Shown here: piece by piece, positions 50,863 to 64,000 of the stretch | How the letters are laid out: the number at the start of each line of letters is the position of its first letter | Numbering within the stretch: the stretch's first letter is position 1 | Assembly (NCBI GenBank): GCA_038087875.1 | Contig: CM075995.1 | Location: 7,380,001 to 7,444,000, forward strand | Direction: 5' to 3' | From: Malacoraja senta | Taxonomy: Eukaryota | Length of the DNA stretch: 64,000 nt | Notes under the pieces: model-generated | The model's database searches: none | What the model was told of the DNA's origin: nothing | Seen by the model: only the letters and a program-made list of their open reading frames with translations | Program-made: the position numbers and the translations under genes

Positions 50863-52459
50863 CAATTGATAACTCATGCTAATCCCATCTGCCTCCGTAC
50901 CTAGAGATGGTATTAGTAATTTTCCATCTCTGAGTAATAGCATCAGTTTGGAATTGACTGAAGATTTACGGATGAAAGGTTTAGTGGAGCAACGCTGAAT
51001 ACTGTTCGTCCACCATTGTGACTTTGATAGTTTCAGCTGGGAATAGCAGAGGTTTAATCTTTTGTCTCAGAGCGGAGTCCCAGACAAATGAATGGATTAA
51101 TTGTATCCCAATAATCAATAGTTTCAGTTGGTATCAACTTAACTTAAATTTAACTGGACGGATGAGAAACCCAATATAGCTATGTGGCTGATAAGGCTAA
51201 TTTAGCAAAATACAGTATGTTCAATATCATCCAGCTTGGCTATAACCCTTGTTTGTTAGCTCTGTGCAGTCGAAGCACTGATTGTAGTGATTTGGTAAAT
51301 AACCTGGGAGCTGGTTAGCCCATTTTGCAACGCTTCTGAGTGTATCCTTGCCTCATCCAGCTAAATTTCAAATATCTCCGAAGCCTGTGAGCGGAAATGG
51401 TCACATGGAAGTTATCCGAAACCAGTCAAAATATTCAAACCAGTGTAAATATTACCAACTTGTATCCGTGACCGGAAGCGTCATCGATGTGGCTCCATAC
51501 CTTCAAACCGCCGGATGGGGAACTTCCGGGAGTTGCCTCAATCAGCTTCATCCTTCCACATCCGAATGGGAGGACTTATGCAACCCGACCCAGATTCCCC
51601 GAGGTCGTGACCGGGATTCCCTGTAGTCCGTGACTGGGGTTCCCCCCTCCGTCCCGACTTCGCCCCGGACTTTAGCAGGACCTCTAAGCAGAGGTTCCTG
51701 CAAGAAGATATAACCTGGAAAAAGTTTTTAAAACTTACCTTCAGGTCCGACCGCCGGCAGGAGCATCATGCACCCCCGCGGGGTCTTCACGTAGTCACTC
51801 ACGTGACTCCGAAGTAAAATTGCCGGTCAATAGACAATGGACAATGGGCGCATGAGTAGGCCATTCCGCCCTTCGAGCCAGTACCGCCCATTCAATGTGA
51901 TTGTGGCTGATCATCCACAATCAGTACCTCGTCCCTGCCTTCTCCCCATATCCCCTGACTCCGCTATCTTTAAGAGCTCTCTCTTGAAAATCTCCAGAGA
52001 ACCGGCCTCCACCGCCCTCTGAGGCAGAGAATTCCACAGACTCACCACTCTCTGGGTGAAAAAGTGTCTCCTCGTCTCCATTCTAAATGGCTTACTCCTT
52101 CTTCTTAAACTGTGGCCCCTGGTTCTGGACTCCCCCAACATCGGGAACATGTTTCCTGCCTCTAGCGTGTCCAAACCCTTAATAATCTTATATTACGCAC
52201 GGACTTGGTGGGCAGAAGGGCCTGTTTCCATGCTGTATCTCTAAACTAAACTAAACAGGCGAGGTGGGGGGGGGGGGTAACAAGGTTGAGAGCCCATACA
52301 CTTGCCCTTTACCTTCTGCGGTTCCTGATATCTAGATGGCCTTTCAGTTTTTATTATGCTGCCCTGCTGTTTATAATATAATTTAAGGATACAGCATGGA
52401 AACAGGCTCTTTGGTCCACCGAGTCTGCACTGATTGATCCCCACACATCAACACTATCC

Positions 52460-54231
<1,772 letters not shown>

Positions 54232-54714
54232 CTAGGGACAATTTTATATTAATGCCAAGCCAATTAACCTACAAACCCGCACGTCTTTGGAGTGTGGTAG
54301 GAAACCTGAGCACCCGGAGAAAACCCACGTGGTCACGGGGAGAACGTGCAAACTCCGTACAGCCAGCACCCGCAGTCAGGATCGAACCCGGGTCACTGGC
54401 ACTGTAAGGCAGCAACTCTACCGCTGCACCTTTGTAAGTATCCATGTTAATGGAAGTCGCACGAACTACAGATGCTGGATTATACAAAATGCTGGAGTAA
54501 CTCAGCGGGTCAGGCAGCATCTCTGGACAGCAGGAGTGGGTGACATTTTTAATCGATAAGGGTCTAGACCGGAAACGTCACCCATTCCTTCTCTCCAGAA
54601 GATATTGACCGGTGTTTTATGCAAGACCCAGATCTACCACTGGGGGGCAATGTCACCACACCGTGATCCTGCCACAGGGCAGCAATCGATTCCAGTTCCA
54701 GCAAATACTCCTGG

Positions 54715-55135
54715 TCATAGAAACATAGACAATAGGTGCAGGAGTAGGCCATTCGGCCCTTCCAGCCAGCACCGCCATTCAATATGATCATGGCTCACCA
54801 TCCACAATCAGTACCCCGTTCCTGCTTTCTCCCCATATCCCTTGATTCTGCTAGCCCTAAGAGCTAAATCTAACTCTCTCTTGAAAACATCCAGTGAATT
54901 GGCCTCCACTGCCCTCTGTGGCAGAGAATTCCACAGATTCACAACTCTCTGGGTGAAAACGTTTTTCCTCATCTCCGTTCTAAATAGCCTACCCCTTATT
55001 CTTAATCTGTGACCCCTGGTTCTGGACTCCCCCAACATGGGGAACATTTTTCCTGCATCCAGCCTGTCCAATCTCTTAAGAATCTTGTATGTTTCTATAA
55101 GACTGCCTCTCAACCTTGTAAATTCCAATGAATAG
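54715..55135 (-). mobile_element. CR1 LINE 3' fragment
   Basis: ORF 54808..55128 CR1 motifs. Confidence 0.88.
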
Positions 55136-56086
55136 AGTCCTATTTGCAGTTCCAGCAGTAGCTCTACTCAATAACCAAAAATCTGTAGCTTCCTTTTGCT
55201 CTGGTATTTTACTTAATTCACATGTTTAATCCATAATGTTTTATTATTAATGTTTAACGTTTTATGTGTCATTCCTAACTGTCACTGTATGTCACGTTGT
55301 CACTTGCGGGCTGAGCACCAAGGCAAATTCCTTGTATGTGAATACTTGGCCAATAAACTTATTTATTCATTCAAATACTCCTACTCTTGGGCATCTGATT
55401 TCTGAGCTGCATATCAGGGATTTGTGTGGGACAGTTAAGAGTCTTTTTGCCCGTTTGTTGTAAATTTGGTCCGGTTTTTTGGGGGCCTGAGGGTCGGGGA
55501 AAACGCCCAAGGATTCAGTGATACTTTATTGTCAAATGTACGTAGGTACAGTGACATTTTCCTTTGCAGACAACCCGGTAAAAGGGCGGCACGGTGACGC
55601 AGTGGTAGAGTCGCTGCCTTACGGCGCTTGCAGCGCCGGAGACCCGGGTTCCACCCCGATTACGGGCGCTGTCTGTGCGGAGTTTGCACGTTCTCCCCGT
55701 GACCTGCGTGGGTTTTCTCCGAGATTTGCGGTTTCACTCCAAAGACGTGCAGGTTTGTAGGTGTTGTAGGAAGGAACTGTGCAGATGCTGGTTTAAACCG
55801 AAGATAGACACAAAATGCTGGAGTAACTCAGCGGGACAGGCAGCATCTCTGGAGAACAGGAATAGGTGACGTTTCGAGTCGAGACCCATCTTCAGTCTGA
55901 GGTTTGTAAGTTAATTGGCTTGGTATAAATATAACCTGCCCCTTGTGTGTGTGTGTTTGTGTGTTTGTAGGGTAGTGTTAATAGACAATAGATGCCATTT
56001 GGCCCTTCGAGCCAGCACCGCCATTCAATGTGATCATGGCTGATCATCCACAATCAGTACCCCGTTCCTGCCTTCTCCCCATATCC

Positions 56087-56420
56087 CCTATGTGGGACCT
56101 TATCAAATGCTTTCTGAAAGTCCAGGTACATTACATCCACTGGCTCTCCCTTGTCCATTTTCCTAGTTACATCTTCAAAAAATTCCAGAAGATTAGTCAA
56201 GTATGGTTTCCCCTTCGTAAATCCATGCTGACTCGGACCGATCCTGTTACTGCTATCCAAATATGCGGCTATTTGATCTTTTATTATTGATTCCAGCATC
56301 TTCCCCACCACCGATGTCAGGCGAACTGGTCTATAATTCCCTGTTTTCTCTCTCCCGCCTTTCTTAAAACGTGGGATAACATTAGCTACCCTCCAATCCA
56401 CAGGAACTGATCCTGAATCT
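56087..56420 (-). mobile_element. CR1 internal RT fragment
   Basis: VPxDWRxANVxP..KKG..NYRPV.LTSVxGK..QHGF..YLDFQKAFDKVPH. Confidence 0.9.
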
Positions 56421-56495
56421 AAAGAACTTTGGGGATCGCAGGTCGGTGGGGACTCGGTGGGCCGAAGGGCCTGTTTCCGCACTGTATCTCAAAAC

Positions 56496-58765
56496 TGGAA
56501 TTGCGCTGGAATTTCCGCAAAGCCAACTGGAAGAAATACAGTGAAACTCTAGACCAGAGTGTTGTTACCATCCCACTCCACACCATCACTGTAGATGAAG
56601 CATACAACCGTTTCTGCAGCGCCATCTATAAAGCCGCCCACAAAACAATTCCAAGAGGCTACCGTCCCCTCTACGTCCCATGCCTGGATGGAGAAAGCGC
56701 TGCCCTCCTACAAACCTACAAAACATCAGGGGACCCTGAGATAGCAGAACATCTCATTGAAATCACTATCTTCAGCTCGGCAAAGGAAATGGGAGGAGAC
56801 AGTAGCAGAGCTAAACTTCACCCACTCTAGCAGAAAATGCTGGAGCCTCATCCGCCGCCTAGGAGCTGCACAGAAACCCCCCACCCAAAGCCGACCCTCT
56901 GTTACACCCAACCAGGTTGCATCCCACCTACTGAATATTGCAAAAGCACCCCAAGACAAGTCCACTAGAAGAGCTGTCGCAACAGAGCTAAGGACACTTC
57001 GACGAACACCTGGAAAGGAAAGAAACCCTGAGCCCTTCGAGGTGGCTGAACTGGAGAAGGTCCTGCAGGGCCTGAAATGTGGAAAGGCAGCAGGTTATGA
57101 TAACATCTCTCCAGAGTTCATGAAACACCTGGGCCCCCGAGCTCTAACCTGGCTGACCCAACTCTACACTAGGGCCATACAGACTAACTCCATCCCAAAG
57201 ATATGGCGGACAGCAAAAGTCATTGCTATACCAAAACCTGGCAAAGACGAAAAACTACCAGCAAGCTACCGCCCAATCTCTCTACTCTGCGTCCCACTCA
57301 AAATCTTAGAACGCCTTATACTACAACGTATATCTCCAGGAGTAGAAGAGATTCTCAGTGTGGACCAGGCAGGTTTCCGCAAGGACTGCAGTACAGGAGA
57401 ACAAGTTCTGGCCCTAACCACCTGCATTGAAAACGGCTTCGAGAACAAACTGAAGACCGGGGCAGTGTTCCTTGATCTCACTGCAGCCTATGACACTGTG
57501 TGGCACAAAGGCCTCCTCCTAAAACTCACCAAAGCACTCCCTGCCTGGGCATCAGAAACCATCAAATCTCTGCTCTCCAACCGCAGGTTCAGAGTTCACC
57601 TTGGACAGAACAAGAGTGCATGGAGAACACAGAAGAATGGGCCCCCGCAAGGGTCAGTTTTAGCCCCAACCTTGTTCAACCTTTACACAAATGACCTACC
57701 CACCACCAAATCCCGCAAATTCATCTATGCAGATGACACCTGTTTGGTCTTCCAAGCACCAGATGTTGGTACATTGGAACAGGGGCTCAATGAAGACCTT
57801 GCTAAGCTAGACGAGTACTGCAAAACCTGGCGCCTAAAACCAAGCCCAGAAAAAACGGTCTCCAGTGTGTTCCACCTCCATAATGCAGAAGCCACAAGAG
57901 AACCAAACATTTATCTGAGCAGGACCAAACTGAAGTATGCCCCCACTCCAACCTACCTCGGAGTGACCCTTGACAGGACCCTATCCTTCAAGGAATATCT
58001 CAAAAGAACAGCAGCTAAGGTGAAGTCCAGAAACAATCTCCTCAGTAAGCTTGTTGGCTCAAAGTGGGGGGGCAGCAGCCCCCACACTGCGCATTTCAGC
58101 ACTAGCCCTTGCATTTTCTTCAGCCGAATATTGCGCCCCTGTTTGGTCCAGGTCATCCCACACACACCATGTGGACACCCAATTGAACTCAACAATGAGG
58201 ATCACCACAGGAACAATCCGCTCAACACCACTCCCCTGGCTCCCTGTCCTATCCAATATAGCCCCTCCACACACCCGGCGAGTAGCCCTCACTCAAAGGA
58301 TGCACCAAAAGACCCAAAACTCCCCTCATCTGCCAATTCACATGGACATCTTCAACCCACCCACTGCTCGACTTCCATCTAGACGACCAATTTGGAAGAA
58401 CCCACCACCAGCTGATTTTCACCACTCAATCAGCTTGGAAAAAGGAATGGGAGTCCAAGGACGTCCTAAATAAACATCTGGTGTCAGACCCAACCCTACC
58501 GGTCCCTGGCACCAATCTCCCAAGGAAGCAGTGGACGACGCTGAATAGATTCAGGACTAGACATGGCCCCTGCTTGGCCAGCCTCCACAAATGGGGCAGC
58601 AGCCCAACCCCACGGTGTGCTTGTGGAGAGCAGCAAACAATGCAACACATCATTGAAGCGTGCCCTCAAAAAAGACTTAAAGGAGGACTTGTCACCCTTC
58701 ATACAGCAGATCAAGAGGCAACTGCTTGGCTAAAGGACTTTGCATTCGCTAAATACAAATAAAAA
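56496..58765 (+). mobile_element. Vingi/Ingi-type LINE, 5'-truncated (no endonuclease), with frameshifts
   Basis: WNFRKANW, KAAGYDNI, YRPISLL, FLDLTAAYDTVWH, GxPQGSVLAPTLFNLY, YADD, STPLPWLPVLSNIAPP, CxCG..QTMQHIIxxCP. TSD atctcaaaac (56486-56495 / 58766-58775). Confidence 0.85.
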
Positions 58766-58819
58766 ATCTCAAAACAAAACAAAATCATACAGCAGACCTC
58801 ACCCAGGCAGTCCACAAGT

Positions 58820-59900
58820 TTTGGTTGCATTTTGGAAGCATTATCATGGGCATTACCCACGCAGTGAACAGCAGGGCTCTGGGAAGTGTCATAGAGCAGA
58901 AGGGATCTAGGAGCGCGGGTGCACGGTTCCTTGAAGGTCAAGTCGCAGGTAGATCGGGTGGTCAAAAAGGTTTTTGGCACATTCACCATCATTAGTCAGA
59001 GCATTGAGTATAGAGGTTGGGAGGTCATGTTGCAGTGTACAAGACGTTGGTGAGGTCGCATTTAGAGTATTTAGAGTGCAGTTCTGGGCACCATGTTAGA
59101 CAACAGACAATAGACAATAGGTGCAGGAGTAGGCCATTCGGCCCTTCGAGCCAGCACCGCCATTCACTGTGATCATGGCTGATCATCCCCAATCAGTACC
59201 CCGTTCCTGCCTTCTCCCCATATCCCCTGACTCCGCTATTTTTAACAGCCCTATCTAGCTCTCTCTTGAAAGCATCCAGAGAACCCGCCTCCACCGCCCT
59301 GTGAGGCAGAGAATTCCACAGACTCACCAATCTCTGTGAGAAAAAGTGTTTCCTGGTCTCCGTTCTAAATGGCTTACCCCTTATTCTTAAATGTTAGAGG
59401 AAAGATGTTGTCAAGCTGGAAAGGGTGCAGAGAGGATTTACGAGGATGTTGCCAGGACTAGAGGGCCTGAGCTACAGGGAGTGCTTGAGCAGGCTGTGAC
59501 TCTATTCCTTGGAGTGCAGGAGGATGAGGGGTGATCTTATAGAGGTGTACAAAATCATGAGAGGAATAGATCGGGTAGATGCACAGAGTCTCTTGCCCAG
59601 AGTAGGGGAGTCGAGGACCAGAGGACATGGATTTAAGGTGAAGGGGAAAAGATTTAATAGGAATCTGAAGGATTACTATTTCGCACAAAGGGTGGTGGGT
59701 GTATGGAACGAGCTGCTATGGAACGAGAGGGTAGTTGAGGCAGGGACTATCCCAACGTTTAAGAAACATTTAGACAGGTACATGGATAGGACAGGTTTGG
59801 AGGGATATGGACCAAATGCAGGCAGGTGGGACTAGTATAGCTGGGACATGTTGGTGGGTGAGGGCAAGTTGGGCCGAAGGGCCTGTTTCCACCCTTTATG
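58820..59900 (+). mobile_element. CR1 LINE fragment with a nested antisense CR1 3' end (~59098-59390)
   Basis: CR1 motifs; the nested copy is flanked by a repeated atgttaga. Confidence 0.82.
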
Positions 59901-60058
59901 GCTATAACTCAACTCACAGGGGTTGCCAAGGGTGTAGTACCACACAATGTCTGCAGGTGGTGCTACCAAGCAAGATTTCAAACTTAGATTTGGCATTAAA
60001 TATTTAGTTGAAGATTGATACCATAGTCAGAATCGAACCTGGGTCTCTGGCGCTGTAA

Positions 60059-60468
60059 AGGGGCTGTCCCACGTGGGCGACCTAATCCGCGAGTTCTGGC
60101 GAGTTTGCCCTCGACTCATACTCGCAGCATGGTCGACACGAGGTGGTAGGAGGTCTTCGTAACTCTCCTTCATGCTCGAGAGTGGTCCCCGCGTACTCGA
60201 GGGCTCAGCTAGGTCGCGGCGTTTTTTACAACATGTTGAAAAATGTCCGCGAGTAAAAAAGGTCGCCATGGAAAAAACCGATGCCTTTTTTACTCCTAGG
60301 TTTAGTCGTAGTAGGTCGGCATGTTAGTCGTAGGTAATCGAGGGTAGTCTTAGGTAGTCGTAGATAGTCTTCATCATAGTCGAAGGAGGTCTTCAACATG
60401 ACATTTTTTCAAACTCTCCTAAACTCTTCTAAACTCGCCAATTAGGTCGCCCAAGTGGGACAGCCCCT
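60059..60468. mobile_element. PIF/Harbinger-like MITE (410 bp), complete, inserted in a V-SINE
   Basis: TIR aggggctgtcccac / gtgggacagcccct; TAA duplicated (60056-60058 / 60469-60471); removing it restores the SINE sequence gcgctgtaaggcagc. Confidence 0.92.
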
Positions 60469-60510
60469 TAAGGCAGCAACTCCTCCGCTGCGCCACCGTG
60501 CCGCTCCAAA

Positions 60511-61056
60511 GCGCTGGAGTAATTCAGCGGGTCAGGCAGCATCTGTGGAGAACATGGATAGGTGACGTTTCACAGAGTGCTGGAGTAACTCAGCGGGTCA
60601 GGCAGCATCTCTGGAGAACATGGATAGGTGACGTTTCACAGAGTGCTGGAGTAACTCAGCGGGACAGGCAGCATCTGTGGAGAACATGGATAGGTGATGT
60701 TTCACAGAGTGCTGGAGTAACTCAGCGGGACAGGCAGCATCTGTGGAGAACATGGATAGGTGACGTTTCACAGAGTGCTGGAGTAACTCAGCGGGTCAGG
60801 CAGCATCTCTGGAGAACATGGATAGGTGACGTTTCACAGAGTGCTGGAGTAACTCAGCGGGTCAGGCAGCATCTGTGGAGAACATGGATAGGTGACGTTT
60901 CACAGAGTGCTGGAGTAACTCAGCGGGTCAGGCAGCATCTCTGGAGAACATGGATAGGTGATGTTTCACAGAGTGCTGGAGTAACTCAGCGGGTCAGGCA
61001 GCATCTGTGAAGAACATGGATAGGTGACGTTTCGGGTCGAGACCCTTCTTCAGACT
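60511..61056 (-). repeat. 66-bp tandem array (8 units) derived from the PLE terminal repeat, ending in an intact hammerhead (61026-61053)
   Basis: Unit starts at 60511, 60577, 60643, 60709, 60775, 60841, 60907, 60973. Confidence 0.92.
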
Positions 61057-61831
61057 GATTGCAAGAGGCAGGGGTGAGAGGAAGCTGGAAAAGAGAGGTT
61101 GGCAGTGGGGCAAATCCTGGCAAGTGATCGGTGGATACAGGTGAGGGGGGGGGGTGCTAGACAATAGACAATAGGTGCAGGAGCAGGCCATTCGGCCCTT
61201 CGAGCCAGCACCGCCATTCAATGTGATCATGGCTGATCATCCCCAATCAGCACCCAGTCAGTGATGGGTGGAGTAAGTGACAGAGGTGAATAAGAGACAC
61301 AGGAGTCTCAGATAAGGAGAGGATTGGACAGAAATGTTGCGCCAGAGGAAAGGTTGTGGGTGGAAAGGGACAGGAGGGAGGGGAAAGAGAGGGGAGAGAA
61401 GATAAATGGGGCACTCGCGGGACGGGAGAGGAGCTTGGTGACGCATTTCCGAATTTAATGACCAAAATGAAATGAGAATCTGCCAGTGTGTTCAGGAAAC
61501 GTCAGGGAGGTGAATCAGAGGGATGTTTTTCTGACGTTGATGATAATAAACAGGTTGAAGGAACGGGCAGATCACACAGCGTGAAATAAATCAGTTATAT
61601 TCTGCAGGCAGACAAAAATGCTGGAGAAACTCAGCGGGTGAGGCAGCCTCTATGGAGCGAAGGAAGAGGTGACGTTTTGGGTCGAGACCCTACTTCAGAC
61701 TGTCTGAAGAAGGGTCTCGTCCGGAAACGTCGCCTATTTCCTTCGCTCCGTAGATGCTGCCTCATCTGCCGAGTTTCTCCAGCATTTTTTGTCCACTTTT
61801 GATTTTTCCAGCATCTGCAGTTCTTTCTTAA

Positions 61832-62190
61832 AGCTAGATGCAGGAAAAATGTTCCCAATGTTGGGCGAGTCCAGAACCAGGGGCCACACAGTCTTAGAAT
61901 AAAGGGGAGGCCATTTAAGACTGAGATGAGAAAAAATGTTTTTAACCCAGAGAGTTGTGAATTTATGGAATTCCCTGCCACAGAGGGCAGTGGAGGCCAA
62001 GTCACTGGATGGATTTAAGAGAGAGTTAGATAGAGCTCTAGGGGCTGGTGGAGTCAAGGGATATGGGGAGAAGGCAGGCACGGGTTATTGATTGGGGACG
62101 ATCAGCCATGATCACAATGAATGGCGGTGCTGGCTCGAAGGGCCGAATTGCCTCCTCCTGCACCTATTTTCTATGTTTCTATGTTTCTAT
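61832..62190 (+). mobile_element. CR1 LINE 3' fragment
   Basis: Same subfamily as 34357-34955; ttctatgt tail. Confidence 0.88.
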
Positions 62191-62539
62191 TAAACAGTTA
62201 TATTCTGCACATGTTTCCCTGCAGGTCCCTGCATGTGAAGATTCAGGGACATTTTCTTCCCAGCTGTTCGCAGGCGACTGATCCATCTACACCTCACGCT
62301 GCCTCGGCAAGGCCAGCAGCCTAATCAAGGATCAGTCGCACCCTGGCCACTCCCTCTTCTCCCCTCTCCCATCGGGCAAGAGGTACAGTGTACACTGTGT
62401 CGGGGGGTTATGGAGAGAAGGCAGGAGAATCGGGCTTGGAGGTAGATCAGCCACGATTGAACGGTGGAGTACTCGAAGGGCCGAATGCCTAATTCTACTC
62501 CTATCCCCTTGTGACCTTAGAGTGTCAACATGTCAGACA

Positions 62540-62850
62540 GTGTCACGGTGGCACAGCGGTAGAGTTGCTGCCTCACAGCGCCAGAGACCCGGGTTCCATC
62601 CCGACTAGGGGTGCTGTCTGTACGGAGTTTGTACGTCCTCCCCGTGACCTGCATGGGTTTCTCTCCGAGATCCTCCCACACTCCAAAGACGTACAGATTT
62701 GTAGGTTACTTGGCTTGGTAAAAGTAAAAATTGTCCCTAGTGAGTACAGGATAGTGTTAATGTGCGGGGATCGCTGGTCGGCACGGACCCCGGTGGGCCG
62801 AAGGGCCTGTTTCCGCGCTGTATCTCTAAACCCTCTCTTTAAACTAAAAT
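62540..62850 (+). mobile_element. tRNA-derived V-SINE (HE1-like)
   Basis: A/B boxes, V-domain, CR1-like tail. Confidence 0.85.
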
Positions 62851-63614
62851 CTGAAGTGTGAAAACGCACACACCTCCAGATTCAGGGACAGTTTCTTCCC
62901 AGCTGTTATCAGGCAACTGAACCATCCTACAACCAGAGCTACTATCTACCTCTTTGGAAATCTTCAGGTTATCTTTAATCGGAGTTTTCCTTGCACTAAA
63001 CATTGTTCCCTTTATCCTGTATCTGTACATTGTGGACGGCTTGATGGTTAAGGTAAGTCAGTCCACAAAATGCTGGAGTAAAACAGCGGGACAGGCAGCA
63101 TCTCTGGAGAAAAGGGGTGGGTGAGGCCTCGGGTCGAGATCTTCCTTCAGACTGAGAGTCAGGGGAGAGGGGAACAGAGATACAGGCGGTCGTTAGGACA
63201 AATGAATGGAAAAGCAACGATAATCACGGCGAATGCGGAGCCCACAATGGTCCATTGTTGGCTGTGGGATAGGTGATAACGAGTTACACAGACAGTGAAA
63301 CTCAACAGGACGACAGCGAAACTGGTACGATGACTAGGGTGGGGGAGGGACGGAGAGAGAGAGAGGGGACGCAAGGGTTACTTGAAGTTAGCGAAACCAA
63401 TGTTCATGATAAAGACACAAAATGCTGGAGTAACTCAGCGGGGCAGGCAGCATCTCTGGAGAGATGAAATGAATGAATATGAATGAATAAGTTTATTGGC
63501 CAAGTATTCACATACAAGGGAATTTGCCTTGGTGCTACGCCCGCAAGCGACAACGACATGCAGTGACAGTTAGGAACGACACATGAAATATTAAACATTA
63601 ATAATAAAACATTT

Positions 63615-64000
63615 AGTTTAGAAGGATGAGTTTAGAAGGATGAGAGGGTATCTCATTGAAAGATATAAGATTGTTAAGGGTTTGGACACGCTAGAGGCAG
63701 GAAACATGTTCCTGATGTTGGGGGAGTCCAGAACCAGGGGCCACAGTTTAAGAATAAGGGTAAGCCATTTAGAACGGAGACGAGGAAACACTTTTTCTCA
63801 CAGAGAGTGGTGAGTCTGTGGAATTCTCTGCCTCAGAGGGCGGTGGAGGCCGGTTCTCTGGATGCTTTCAAGAGAGAGCTAGATAGGGCTCTTAAAAATA
63901 GCAGAGTCAGGGGATATGGGGAGAAGGCAGGAACGGGGTACTGATTGGGGATGATCAGCCATGATCACATGAATGGCGGTGCTGGCTCGAAGGGCCAAAT
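63615..64000 (+). mobile_element. CR1 LINE 3' fragment running off the window end
   Basis: Near-identical to the young ctattgt subfamily. Confidence 0.9.

Larger units (their letters stand above)
46608..51820 (-). mobile_element. DIRS1-type tyrosine-recombinase retrotransposon with decayed ORFs, intact termini and ICR
   Basis: ICR 46828-46940 is complementary to both termini (46608-46685; 51784-51820). Minus-strand remnants of RT (NGLTSS..LFTK, LDDI, ~51220-51335), RNase H (VVVYVNHKG), methyltransferase (IEMFASRVNHQLP, IVPAW..PWFP) and YR (ALSTAQRVQSL; KSHSTRAATTSAA; DHILAAAGWS, ~47160-47755). Confidence 0.92.

Noticed and set aside
60498..61010. 170-aa repeat protein ORF
   Set aside because: The 66-bp unit is a multiple of 3 and derives from a non-coding PLE repeat read antisense.

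Overview
Eukaryotic, repeat-saturated DNA from a cartilaginous fish, most likely a skate or ray. This is inferred from HE1-type V-SINEs, dense CR1 LINEs, and Penelope-like, Rex1/Babar, Tx1, Vingi and DIRS elements. One host gene is supported: a CD83 homolog on +, with four coding exons (1240-1367, 11856-12084, 15699-15796, 17623-17718) encoding a split Ig V domain, a TM helix and a cytoplasmic tail; exon 1 lies upstream of the window. Almost every other ORF in the track is a TE fragment or a low-complexity artefact. The most interesting non-obvious signals are: (1) a candidate HDV-like double-pseudoknot ribozyme starting exactly at the 5' end of a ~405-bp non-autonomous RTE-type element (9565-9419, minus); (2) about 20 minimal hammerhead ribozyme motifs in Penelope-like terminal repeats; (3) a DIRS element with perfectly matched termini/ICR but wrecked ORFs and nested cargo; (4) a hAT MITE carrying ~24 tandem YY1-like sites; (5) a CD83 with altered cysteines, a tail YxxL motif and candidate intronic EICE/octamer enhancers. 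TE family names rest on recognised protein motifs and terminal structures, not on database searches, and most TE boundaries are approximate.
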